Assembly: GCA_947383095.1 (NCBI GenBank)
Contig: CANDBZ010000001.1
Span: 1,671 to 65,670, forward strand
DNA length: 64,000 nucleotides
Direction of reading: 5' to 3'
Source of the DNA: an uncultured Clostridia bacterium
GTDB taxonomy: Bacteria > Bacillota > Clostridia > Christensenellales > CAG-917
In this document: in pieces, positions 1 through 8,806 of the stretch
Layout of the letters: every line of letters starts with the position of its first letter
Numbering within the stretch: the stretch's first letter is position 1
Made by a program: the position numbers and the translations under genes
The notes under the pieces: generated by a model
Seen by the model: the letters and a program-made list of their open reading frames with translations, nothing else
What the model was told of the DNA's origin: nothing
Databases searched by the model: none

Positions 1-10
1 AGGACGATTG

Positions 11-388
11 ATGAAAAAGGTCATACTTGCGATAGTCATACTTGCAACGATAATCACCGCTGGCATTCTCGAAAACGTGTATATAGACAAGCTTTTCGGC
101 AATCTCGACAGCCGTCTTGCGGACTTGGAAGAAGAAATAATATCTCAAAGCGACGACGCGGTGCACGACGTCGAAGACCTGCAAAGCTGGTGGGAATCCC
201 ACAGAAAATATGCGGAACTGTTTGTCTATTCTCCCGATATCCGCGCGTTTGCCGTCGCGCTCGGCGAAACCCAAGGCTCGCTCGAATGCGGAGACTTTGA
301 CAACGCGCTTTCCAAAATACGGTCGCTGCAGATAATGTCGCGCAATATTCACAATATTCTCGATTTCAATATCGCCGATATCATCTGA
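11..388 (+). CDS. small N-terminally membrane-anchored protein, DUF4363-like
   Basis: ATG at 11 lies 6 nt after AGGA; the ORF track starts at a TTG at 8. Hydrophobic N-terminal helix (KVILAIVILATIITAGIL) followed by a helical soluble part. Overall layout matches my memory of DUF4363; family call not verified. Confidence 0.5.
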   Translation: MKKVILAIVILATIITAGILENVYIDKLFGNLDSRLADLEEEIISQSDDAVHDVEDLQSWWESHRKYAELFVYSPDIRAFAVALGETQGSLECGDFDNALSKIRSLQIMSRNIHNILDFNIADII

Positions 389-597
389 CCCCGTTTTACT
401 CAATGCGCATATTCGTGTTCTAAATTCGCCGTATGCGAATATGCGCATTTGTGTATTTGAGAACTCTCTTATTTGCTCATTCGCATATTATCATATTGGT
501 TTGCGCATATACGCAAATATATTTTGCCATAAACGGTTATATGTCCATATTTGCATATGTTTTGCACCGTTGACTTTTATATGATCATATCGGTGCT

Positions 598-1956
598 TTA
601 AACGCCGTTTTTGCAATATTCCGCGCACACGGCTTCCTTCAGATCATAGATGTCTCCGGCGCCCACAAACAAGATAACGTCATGCGTGCACGCCAGCTTC
701 GACAAAAATTCCATCACGGAGCTTTTATCGAACGCAACAAAAACGTCCGATTTTTCATATCGCGCCGTTATAGCCCTCGCAAGCGCGCCGCTGTCGAAAT
801 TTATATCCAACGGCTCGCGCGCAGCATACGTAGGCATCAGTATCAACGAACCGACTCCGTCTGTATTGCCGAGAACGTCGACAAAATCATCGAAATAGGC
901 TTTCGTGCGCGAATACGTATGAGGCTGAAACACCGTCAAAATTTTTTTGCCGCCTTGAGCCGCGCGCTCGAGCACGCAACGGATCTCCGTCGGATGATGC
1001 GCAAAGTCGAAATATACGGGTGCGCCCTGGATATCGCAAACATATTCAAACCGACGTTTGACGCCCGCAAACGTTTTTAGCGCCGCGACCGCGCTGCGCT
1101 CGTCCACTCCGAGTACCGCCGCCGTCGCAACCGCAAAGGTCGCGTTTTTGAAATTGTACAATCCGCCGTCGCGCAGACTTATGCTTCCGACGTAAATACC
1201 GTCCGCATAGATCCTGCAGCTTTCCGCAACCGCTTCGGCAAAGTAAGCTTTGTCCCATCCGCTGCCGCGAATTTCGACGCTCCAACTATCCCTCGCCACG
1301 CCATCCTTTCCCGTGACGGTGACCGCGGCGTTCTTAAGATATTCGTCAAAAGCCTGCCTTACGACAGAAAAATCGTTATAGCAATCCGGATGGTCGCATT
1401 CCACGTTCGTCACCACGGCAACCGTAGGCCGAAGAGTCAAAAAATTGCGTTTATACTCGCACGCCTCCGTCACGAATATGTCGTGCTCACCAGGACTATT
1501 ATTGACATAGTTGCCGTAATCTACACTTTCGCCGCCGATCATGCCAACGAATTTTTTATTGCATTTTGACAGAATATGCACAAGCATAGCGGTCGTAGTC
1601 GTCTTGCCGTGCGTGCCTGCAATTCCGACGACGTTTTTAAATTGGGCGGCGATATCGCGCAACAGCATGTGTCTTTCATAAATTGCAACGCCTTGCTCCC
1701 TTGCTTTGACAAGCTCCGCGTGCGCGGACTTTATCGCGCTTGAAAAGATCACCGCGTCTTTACCTTCCGTCAGCTCCGGATGTATCCCTTCGCGTATATC
1801 CGCGCCCGCGTCCGATAAAAGCCTGCACAGTCCGTTGTATCTCGCGTCGCTTCCCGACACCGTCGCGCCGACGTCCAACGCGAACCTCGCAAGCGCGTTT
1901 ACGCCCACGCCTCCGACGCCTATAAAATGAATTTTTTTATCTTGCTCGCAAACCAT
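598..1956 (-). CDS. murC: UDP-N-acetylmuramate--L-alanine ligase
   Basis: 452 aa. N-terminal IHFIGVGGVGVNALA dinucleotide-fold motif, Mur ligase P-loop GTHGKTTTT, full-length Mur ligase layout. ATG start confirmed at 1954-1956. Confidence 0.95.
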   Translation of the reverse strand: MVCEQDKKIHFIGVGGVGVNALARFALDVGATVSGSDARYNGLCRLLSDAGADIREGIHPELTEGKDAVIFSSAIKSAHAELVKAREQGVAIYERHMLLRDIAAQFKNVVGIAGTHGKTTTTAMLVHILSKCNKKFVGMIGGESVDYGNYVNNSPGEHDIFVTEACEYKRNFLTLRPTVAVVTNVECDHPDCYNDFSVVRQAFDEYLKNAAVTVTGKDGVARDSWSVEIRGSGWDKAYFAEAVAESCRIYADGIYVGSISLRDGGLYNFKNATFAVATAAVLGVDERSAVAALKTFAGVKRRFEYVCDIQGAPVYFDFAHHPTEIRCVLERAAQGGKKILTVFQPHTYSRTKAYFDDFVDVLGNTDGVGSLILMPTYAAREPLDINFDSGALARAITARYEKSDVFVAFDKSSVMEFLSKLACTHDVILFVGAGDIYDLKEAVCAEYCKNGV

Positions 1957-2173
1957 ACGCCACTATATGAGGCGCAAATCTCTTTTGACATAGAAATTTG
2001 CTTTTCGAGGAGCTTGCAACCGCGCATTACTTGCAAAAAACAGAGATATCGACAAACTAAAAGGAGATTTTTTTGCCGTTTTATTTAAATTTGCGTGTAA
2101 AATGAAAAATTCGGGCTTGAAATGAGCACAATATTATGGTACGCTTTTATTATAATCAAACGGAGGTATCTTC

Positions 2174-2449
2174 ATGATACAGATCACAGACGTAAAAATC
2201 CGCATGGTCACAGCGGATAACAGCAAACTCAAAGCGGTCGCGACAATCATTGTGGACGATTGCATTGCCATTCACGATATCAAAATTATAAGCGGCGATA
2301 GCGGAGAATTTATCGCGATGCCTTCAAGAAAAACCCCCACCGGTGAATTTAAAGACATCATACACCCCATAAACACTCAAACGCGCGAATTCATGCGCGA
2401 CGTCATACTTGCAGCTTACAAGCGCAGCTTGGAAGAAGCGGAATTTTGA
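2174..2449 (+). CDS. spoVG: septation protein SpoVG
   Basis: 91 aa beginning MIQITDVKIRMV...KLKAVATIIVDDCIAIHDIKII..G....FIAMPSRK, the canonical SpoVG sequence. GGAGGT RBS 7 nt upstream. Confidence 0.95.
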   Translation: MIQITDVKIRMVTADNSKLKAVATIIVDDCIAIHDIKIISGDSGEFIAMPSRKTPTGEFKDIIHPINTQTREFMRDVILAAYKRSLEEAEF

Positions 2450-2539
2450 CCTAATACAATAATTATCTTGCCGTCTGCCTGTTGCACGCTATTTCAAGCA
2501 GTGAACTGAATTTGTCGTACAGCTTTATTTAAAGTATCG

Positions 2540-2565
2540 AAAAACGCGCCCTCAAGGGCGCGTTT
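2540..2565. terminator. bidirectional intrinsic terminator between convergent spoVG and acyl-CoA ligase genes
   Basis: Perfect 10-bp stem aaacgcgccc/gggcgcgttt (2542-2551, 2556-2565) with loop tcaa. A5 on the left gives T5 on the minus strand; the T-tract on the plus strand is weaker. Confidence 0.55.
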
Positions 2566-2670
2566 CTCATAAATCGAGTCATGATTTTATGCGCATATTC
2601 ACATATATGATTTTACTATATCCATATCGCGCGCGCATACGCATAGATGAATATGCCCATATGCGCACGA

Positions 2671-4206
2671 TTAAATAGTATCATACTCGCCGCCGTATTC
2701 CTCTTCAAGCTTGTTTATGTCCACCTTTACCATCTTTGTGCGCGGAAATTGCGCTACGCAAACGACGGACGAGGGAACGTTCCAATGGGACATACGCCGC
2801 GCGATATGAGCAATCGCCTTTTGCTTTTGCGTTTCGCTGATCTCGCCCTCTACAAGCAGACGTATATAAGGCTTATCCCCCACCCTGTATTCGACGGCAG
2901 CGCATTCGTCGATAAAATCCAATTCACGCGCGACCCTTTCGATTTCATATGGGAAAACGTTAATTCCCGAAATTTTTATAAGACGCTTCTTTCTTCCCTG
3001 ATAATACAGCCTTCCCTCTTCATCCGTTTTGAAAAAATCGCCCGTCCTTATCCAGACCTTTCCGTCTATATTCGCCAACGCCCTCGCAGTAGCTTCACTG
3101 TCATCAAGATAACCGTCCATGATCTGCTCGCCGCAAAGGATAAGCTCGCCGACCTCTCCGACGGGGACCTCGCGAAGCTCTTCGTCGACTACGCGCGCGC
3201 GCATTCCGTTGATAACCGTGCCGACAGAGCCTTGTACGAACTCTCCCTTTGTGAGGGTGCACACAGTGACGGTCTCCGACAAACCGTATCCGGGCGACAG
3301 CTTCGCCTTTCCTCCGCTCTGCCGCACTCTCTCCTCGAAACGTCTCACCAAATCGTCGCTCACGGCGTCGCCGCCGACGTATACGTCCTCGAGGCTGCTT
3401 ATCGCGTCTCCCGCAAATCCTTCATAGTCCAGCAGCTTCGATACCATCCTCGGCACGGCGAGCATTGTTGTCACTCGGTTTTTCTTTATAACTCGGGTCG
3501 CTGCTTTCACCTTGAACCTTGGCATAAGAACGACCGCCATATTCGCGCAAAGCGAAGCGTGCACGCCAACGCAAAGCCCGAAGCCGTGAAACATCGGCAA
3601 TGCTACAAGCATTCGGTTACGCTCGCAAAACTTGTCGTCCAAATAATTGAGCAGATTGCCCGCCATCGCGTTGGACGCGCGCGAAGAAAGCACGATAGTC
3701 TTCGCCTCGCCCGATGTACCGCCCGATTGCATATAGAACACAGGCTCGTTTCCGTCCCCCCGGAACGCGACAAAGCTGTGCGCGAGAGGCAGACCGACGT
3801 ATCCGTAACACAAATAAGAACAGAAAATACGCTTTGCCCCGCCGCATCTGCCTCCGAACGTTCTCGCGTTTACGTCGGACAAAAACACAACCTTGGGACG
3901 CTGCTTATCGACCGCGGCGCCGAACTCGTCTGCTGACAGCAACGGATGTATCATGGATGCGATCGCGCCTATACGCGACACGGCGTACGTCGCGACTACG
4001 CTCTGTATGATATTGGGAAGCGCAAGCGCGACCACGTCTCCGCGTCTCACGCCAAGCGCATATAAACCGGCGGCTACTCTATCGATTTCGGCAAAAAAAC
4101 GGGGGAAACTCATCCTGTGATTGCCTCGCACTACGGCAAGCGTATCTCCCTTTTTGTGATAGACGCGCATAAATTCATATAACGACTTGTGTATATCAAA
4201 TTGCAT
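2671..4206 (-). CDS. AMP-dependent synthetase/ligase (acyl-CoA or fatty-acid--CoA ligase family)
   Basis: 511 aa. AMP-binding motif variants YMQSGGTSGEAKTIVLS, GYGLSET and WIRTGDFF, plus C-terminal KI.GINVFP. Substrate not inferable. Confidence 0.85.
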   Translation of the reverse strand: MQFDIHKSLYEFMRVYHKKGDTLAVVRGNHRMSFPRFFAEIDRVAAGLYALGVRRGDVVALALPNIIQSVVATYAVSRIGAIASMIHPLLSADEFGAAVDKQRPKVVFLSDVNARTFGGRCGGAKRIFCSYLCYGYVGLPLAHSFVAFRGDGNEPVFYMQSGGTSGEAKTIVLSSRASNAMAGNLLNYLDDKFCERNRMLVALPMFHGFGLCVGVHASLCANMAVVLMPRFKVKAATRVIKKNRVTTMLAVPRMVSKLLDYEGFAGDAISSLEDVYVGGDAVSDDLVRRFEERVRQSGGKAKLSPGYGLSETVTVCTLTKGEFVQGSVGTVINGMRARVVDEELREVPVGEVGELILCGEQIMDGYLDDSEATARALANIDGKVWIRTGDFFKTDEEGRLYYQGRKKRLIKISGINVFPYEIERVARELDFIDECAAVEYRVGDKPYIRLLVEGEISETQKQKAIAHIARRMSHWNVPSSVVCVAQFPRTKMVKVDINKLEEEYGGEYDTI

Positions 4207-4398
4207 ACGAATATTATAATTTACAATTTTCCCACCGTCAACACGCTTTTGACACTAAAAGAAAAAATCCGCAAATTGCAACCGCTTTGCTTTGGATCCT
4301 CGTTGCCGCACATATATGTTTCTCGCAAAAAAATTTATTTGCGCATGTATAAACGTCGCATACGCCGTCAATAATCATGTCATCTTGGAGGTATGAAC

Positions 4399-5052
4399 AT
4401 GAGCAAATTTTCAGTTGCAGCAAAACGCTTCGGCGGATTCATGAAACGCAACGCATTTTATTTCCTTATCATTCTTTGCATCGCGTCGGTTGCGACGGTC
4501 ATCGCGTTGGCGGTCACTCGCAATAACGGCGTCAACCCGGACAGCGGATTGAACAACGGCGACACTCCCGTAATAAATCCCGACGACAACAAAGACCCGT
4601 CGAAAGATCCCGACGACGAAAATCCCCCGACGAAAAAGCTGACGTTTGTCACCCCCTGCAACGGCACGGTGAAGGTAGCTTTCTCCGACGTAGATTATGT
4701 CTGGAATCAAACTATGGAGCGCTATGAAACGCACTCTGCCATCGACTTTGTGTCCGACGACCTCAACGTGTATGCGGCGGCAGACGGCAAGATCAAAGAG
4801 ATAGACTCCGACGAACTCAACGGAAGCTATATCGTGATCGAGCATGAAGAAGGCTACGTCACCAAGTATATGTCTCTCGACAAGCTGCCCGAGCTCAAGG
4901 TCGGCGCGCAAGTCAAACAAGGACAGCTTTTGGGCAAGATGTCGACTTCTCAAGGCTTGGAAGCCCTCGACGGCGCGCATCTGCACTTCGAGCTTCTCAA
5001 GGACGGCGTTGAAATCAATCCCCTCGACGTGCTTGTTCTCGACGAAAAATAA
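4399..5052 (+). CDS. membrane-anchored M23 family metallopeptidase
   Basis: HSAIDF and HLHFELLKDGVEINPLD (HxH) LytM/M23 motifs, with one N-terminal TM helix. GGAGG at 4387-4391 favours the ATG at 4399 over the ATG at 4393. Confidence 0.85.
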   Translation: MSKFSVAAKRFGGFMKRNAFYFLIILCIASVATVIALAVTRNNGVNPDSGLNNGDTPVINPDDNKDPSKDPDDENPPTKKLTFVTPCNGTVKVAFSDVDYVWNQTMERYETHSAIDFVSDDLNVYAAADGKIKEIDSDELNGSYIVIEHEEGYVTKYMSLDKLPELKVGAQVKQGQLLGKMSTSQGLEALDGAHLHFELLKDGVEINPLDVLVLDEK

Positions 5053-5100
5053 CGCTTTATAACACCGTTCACATCAGAAAAATATAATCTCCCCCTTATC

Positions 5101-5131
5101 AAAAAGACGGCTGCCATGCAGTCGTCTTTTT
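5101..5131 (+). terminator. intrinsic terminator after the M23 peptidase gene
   Basis: Stem aagacggctg/cagtcgtctt (one G-U pair), loop ccatg, followed by T5. Confidence 0.7.
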
Positions 5132-5186
5132 GAATATATTGTCTAAAAAATCATATCTCAATGCGCAAAAGCTGTTGCGCAACGGT

Positions 5187-5975
5187 TCATTTTTCTATAG
5201 CGGGAATAATATCTTTAACTTTGTCGAATATGAAATCAGGCTTGATTTTGGATGTTTTCGTCATTTCGAGAGTGGTCTCGCCCGACAACACCAGCACGGA
5301 GACAAAGCCGCAGTTTTTGCCGAAAGCGACGTCCGTATACAGCCTGTCGCCAACCATAGCTATCTTTTTTGCGGGAAGATTGTATTTGCGCGCAAGCCTG
5401 CGCCCCGCGGTCTGATGCGGCTTGCCCATAATAAGGTCGGGAGTTCTGCCGATCGTCTTGTCGATCATCTCTATCATAGAGCCGACGTCCGGCATGGGAC
5501 ATTCCGGAGCGGGACAAAAATAATCGGGATGCGTAGCAATATACGGCAAGCCCTTGTTCAAATACTTGCAGAATTTATAAAGCCTGTCATAAGTCAGCGA
5601 GGTGTCGAAGCCGAGCACGCATACGTCGGGATCCTCGTCGACGACTTCGATGCCGTACAGCTCGAACTCGCTGCGCAATCTTTCGTTGCCGAGCAGAAAA
5701 ACCTTGCCGAACCTATATTCGTCCAAAATATGCTCGCAGGTCACCTGTCCGCTTGTATATATTTCATCTGCGTACGTGCGCAGACCCAGGTTGTTCAAAC
5801 GCGCGATATAATCCGTATGCATGCGCGAGCTGTTGTTTGTAAAAAAGCAAATACGCTTGCCCATTTTGCGCAAGCGATTTATAGCGTCGAAAGACCCCTC
5901 TATCTCTTCATCGCCTATATAAACGGTGCCGTCAAGGTCAAACACAAACAATTCTACATCTTTGAGATTTTTCAT
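5187..5975 (-). CDS. HAD-IIA (NagD/AraL-like) sugar phosphatase
   Basis: FVFDLDGTVY (motif I), FFTNNSS (motif II), GKP and VGDRLYTD (motifs III/IV), typical of the HAD-IIA subfamily. Start is uncertain: TTG at 6002 (ATGA-type overlap in the ORF track), or ATG at 5981 or 5975. AAAGGA favours 5975. Confidence 0.8.
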   Translation of the reverse strand: MKNLKDVELFVFDLDGTVYIGDEEIEGSFDAINRLRKMGKRICFFTNNSSRMHTDYIARLNNLGLRTYADEIYTSGQVTCEHILDEYRFGKVFLLGNERLRSEFELYGIEVVDEDPDVCVLGFDTSLTYDRLYKFCKYLNKGLPYIATHPDYFCPAPECPMPDVGSMIEMIDKTIGRTPDLIMGKPHQTAGRRLARKYNLPAKKIAMVGDRLYTDVAFGKNCGFVSVLVLSGETTLEMTKTSKIKPDFIFDKVKDIIPAIEK

Positions 5976-5998
5976 TTTCATCCTTTGTGCCGCATCGT

Positions 5999-7096
5999 TC
6001 AAAACGCGGACAGTATCCCCGATGCATAAGCGAAGCCCAAAAGATTTTCGCTTTGCGAGCCTGCGAGAGTCAAGCAGCTTTCCAGCTCCTTGCAGTTCAC
6101 CTCGCTTTTAAGCCAATAGCCTGCGTCAGGATACAGACGGCGCCAGAATCTCTGCGAAGTATGCAAGTCGATTGAACCGAGTTTATCAAGCAGATCGGTG
6201 CGATACTCACTTAAAATATAACTAATCTTAAAATAACTGTTTGCGTCGAAAAAGTCAACGCTTTTGCGCTCTTTGCTTTCATATTCGCCGCGTTTGAGCT
6301 CGTCGGCGGAGACTTCTCTGCATGCGGGCGGCATCGTATCGATAGACGGCGCACCCAGATATGACGAATAAAATGACATGATCATCGCGCTTGCAAGAAA
6401 TTTATACTCGCCTATAAGTCGAGGGCGTTTGCCTCTTTTAACGGCGCGACTATAAAGAATTTCCGACATGATCTGCGCGCTGTCGTCCCTTTTGCGCAAG
6501 GAGATCTCAAGCAACGCCACCGCAAGCTCGCAAACGTCGCCCGCTTTGACCTGCCGCGCGTCAAATCCGCTCTCGCACGCCAAAATTTTGTTGGCAAAAA
6601 AGCTCTCGAACGCAGCAAGCGGTTGCGAAAACAAAATGCCATATCCGGAGGCGACGCACTCAAACGGACAGTTTAACATCACGTTTCTGTCAATTAAAAC
6701 GGTTTTAGGCGCATAATCGCATAAAATCGTGTCGGTAGTGGGCGCAGTCAGATACATAGTCCAATCGACGTCAAGCTGCTTTGCCTTCTGCTTTGCGGCG
6801 CTTGCGGCAGTACCCGCACCGACGGCAAATACATGCCGTACATATTCCGGCACGCCGGAGGCGCGCTCGTTTCCTCCGCTTCTGCGCGATGATACGGCTT
6901 GCACAAACACTCTGTATCCGCCGCTTTTCAAATCCTTTATGATCCTCTCCGCGATCTCCGTCAAATTTCTGTCGTATATAAGACAAACCGCCCCCTCCGC
7001 AAACCTATGATTGAGTATAGGCACGATTTGCAAATCGTCGCCTACTATCACTTCCGTTTGCCCTACGGTGCGGTTTCGTGTGGTGGATTCTTCCAT
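5999..7096 (-). CDS. DHQS-like / iron-ADH superfamily protein (glycerol-1-phosphate dehydrogenase-like, apparently degenerate motifs)
   Basis: 365 aa with a strong GGAGG RBS. VFAVGAGTAASAAK...LTAPTTDT and LIDRNVML.CP...ASGYG line up with the GGGS..D.aK / PTt / aG.gd pattern of G1PDH/glycerol-DH folds. However, the Asp and metal-binding His positions are not evident. Confidence 0.45.
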   Translation of the reverse strand: MEESTTRNRTVGQTEVIVGDDLQIVPILNHRFAEGAVCLIYDRNLTEIAERIIKDLKSGGYRVFVQAVSSRRSGGNERASGVPEYVRHVFAVGAGTAASAAKQKAKQLDVDWTMYLTAPTTDTILCDYAPKTVLIDRNVMLNCPFECVASGYGILFSQPLAAFESFFANKILACESGFDARQVKAGDVCELAVALLEISLRKRDDSAQIMSEILYSRAVKRGKRPRLIGEYKFLASAMIMSFYSSYLGAPSIDTMPPACREVSADELKRGEYESKERKSVDFFDANSYFKISYILSEYRTDLLDKLGSIDLHTSQRFWRRLYPDAGYWLKSEVNCKELESCLTLAGSQSENLLGFAYASGILSAF

Positions 7097-7209
7097 ATTG
7101 CCTCCGCTGTCGCATTATACGCGCTGTTTATCAGATATCAAGATATCATACCTGCGCGACTATATTTTGACAGCTTTTGCAAAAGGATAATTTATTGTGT
7201 CGGATTATC

Positions 7210-7515
7210 TTATTTTTTGATAAAAGTCTTGCATTTTGTGGAAAACGCCGCGTCTCTTACATCGATTTGCTCGTTGGCGCAAAGTCCGTTGTTGTTGAAG
7301 GCGCACTCCGCGGAGCATTGCACAAGGGATTCGAGATCGTTTTCGTAAATATCGTTGCCGGCCTCTACGTCCGCAATGTTTTGCGCGAGCGCTCCGCCCT
7401 CGCGTTTGATGCGGCTTACGCACTTCGCGCTGTCGCTGATCGATATTACTCCCGCAAGGCACTTGCCCTTGAGATTGTGCTCGCAATTAGACGTTGCGCA
7501 GTTTATCTGTTTCAT
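7210..7515 (-). CDS. DUF1540 domain protein (two Cys-rich repeats)
   Basis: 101 aa. Two copies of the C.....C.HN..G.C.A..I pattern (INCATSNCEHNLKGKCLAGVISI and VQCSAECAFNNNGLCANEQIDV). GGAGGT RBS. Confidence 0.7.
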   Translation of the reverse strand: MKQINCATSNCEHNLKGKCLAGVISISDSAKCVSRIKREGGALAQNIADVEAGNDIYENDLESLVQCSAECAFNNNGLCANEQIDVRDAAFSTKCKTFIKK

Positions 7516-7598
7516 ACATTACCTCCGTAGCGCGCACGTGCGCGCGTTTTTAATTAGTATGTCCAAATGCTTTATTTCTAACACGTCCGACTTTTTCA

Positions 7599-7627
7599 TT
7601 GCGCAAACCCGCGCCGTATGATAGAAT
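7599..7627 (+). promoter_or_regulatory. candidate sigma-A promoter for rplI operon
   Basis: TTGCGC (7599-7604), 17-nt spacer, then TGaTAGAAT extended -10 (7619-7627), about 28 nt before the rplI ATG. Confidence 0.45.
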
Positions 7628-7655
7628 GATAAAAGAAATCCATCAGAGGTCTGCT

Positions 7656-8102
7656 ATGAAAGTTATTCTTCTCAAAGATGTCAAGGGCACAGGAAAAAAA
7701 GGCGAGATAGTTGAAGTCAACGACGGATACGCGCGTAATTTCCTCATAAAAAAAGGCATGGCGCAGGAAGGCACTTCGCAAAATATTTACGTTGCGGAGC
7801 AGCGCAAAAAAGCCTATGAAGCGAAGATAGCCGCCGAGCGCGCCGAGGCAAAGGCCGTTGCGGAAAAGCTGAAAAACGTCACCGTCAAGGTCGCCGCCAA
7901 ATGCGGAGAGAACGGCGGAAGGATGTTCGGTTCCGTCACAAGCGAGATGATAGCGACGGCGCTTCAACAGCTTGGATACGACATAGATAAGAAAAAGGTC
8001 GAGACCAAAGAAAGCATACGCGAATTCGGCGCCTTCGACGTCGTGCTGCGACTCTATCCCGAGGTAACGCAAACAATAAAAATCGAAGTCGTCCGCGCAT
8101 AA
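7656..8102 (+). CDS. rplI: 50S ribosomal protein L9
   Basis: [36 protein letters not shown] is the canonical L9 N-terminus. The ATG at 7656 follows AGAGGT; the ORF-track start at 7599 is upstream of the RBS. Confidence 0.92.
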   Translation: MKVILLKDVKGTGKKGEIVEVNDGYARNFLIKKGMAQEGTSQNIYVAEQRKKAYEAKIAAERAEAKAVAEKLKNVTVKVAAKCGENGGRMFGSVTSEMIATALQQLGYDIDKKKVETKESIREFGAFDVVLRLYPEVTQTIKIEVVRA

Positions 8103-8104
8103 CG

Positions 8105-8806
8105 ATGTCTCGCTACGTCACCGACTTGGGGATAGGAAGCTATAAGATATATCAGGGCACCGAAGCCTACGCGTTCTCGCAGGATTCGGTGTTTCTTGCA
8201 AATATGGCAAAGCTCGGCACGCGGGACTCCGTGCTCGATCTGGGATGCGGCAGCGGTATACTCGCAATACTCGCGCTCATAAAAAAGCATGTGAAAAAAG
8301 CAGTCGGGATAGAAATTCAAACCGAGCTTTGCGAGATGGCGAAAAGCAGCGCTCAATTGAACGGGCTCGACTTGGAAATTATAAACTGCGACGTAAAAAA
8401 CATAAGCGACCATATTGCGCCGGAAAGCTTTGACAAAATCCTTTGCAATCCGCCCTATTTCCCCGCACAATCCCCCAAAGCCGCTGGCGGCGCGGGTTTA
8501 TGCCGCAGCGAAAGCACGGCAACTCTCGACGATTTTGTAAAAGCCGCGGGCTACTCGCTGAAATTCGGCGGCGACCTTTGGATCGTGATAAAGGTGTCGA
8601 GACTTGCCGAACTGTGCGCGTCTCTTCAACTGCACGGACTTGCGGCAAAAAATATGATTTTCATATATCCCAAGCTGTCCAAGGGTATCGATACCGTCGT
8701 GGTCGGCGCCCGTAAGGGCGCCAAAGACGGGGTCGTCGCAAGGACGTTTATAGCGCAAAACGAAGACGGCGAATTTACGGAGCAGTATAAGGAGCTTTAC
8801 AGATAA
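8105..8806 (+). CDS. SAM-dependent N6-adenine methyltransferase (YabB/TrmN6-like)
   Basis: SAM motif VLDLGCGSGILAI and catalytic NPPYF. Located directly upstream of rsmI, like B. subtilis yabB-yabC. Confidence 0.8.
   Translation: MSRYVTDLGIGSYKIYQGTEAYAFSQDSVFLANMAKLGTRDSVLDLGCGSGILAILALIKKHVKKAVGIEIQTELCEMAKSSAQLNGLDLEIINCDVKNISDHIAPESFDKILCNPPYFPAQSPKAAGGAGLCRSESTATLDDFVKAAGYSLKFGGDLWIVIKVSRLAELCASLQLHGLAAKNMIFIYPKLSKGIDTVVVGARKGAKDGVVARTFIAQNEDGEFTEQYKELYR

Noticed and set aside
2040-2173. Sigma-H-type promoter upstream of spoVG (AAAGGAGAT... resembling the -35 RWAGGA)
   Set aside because: No GAAT -10 element lies at the required ~14-nt spacing. The TATAAT at 2151-2156 lacks a credible -35. 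The promoter could not be placed with confidence.
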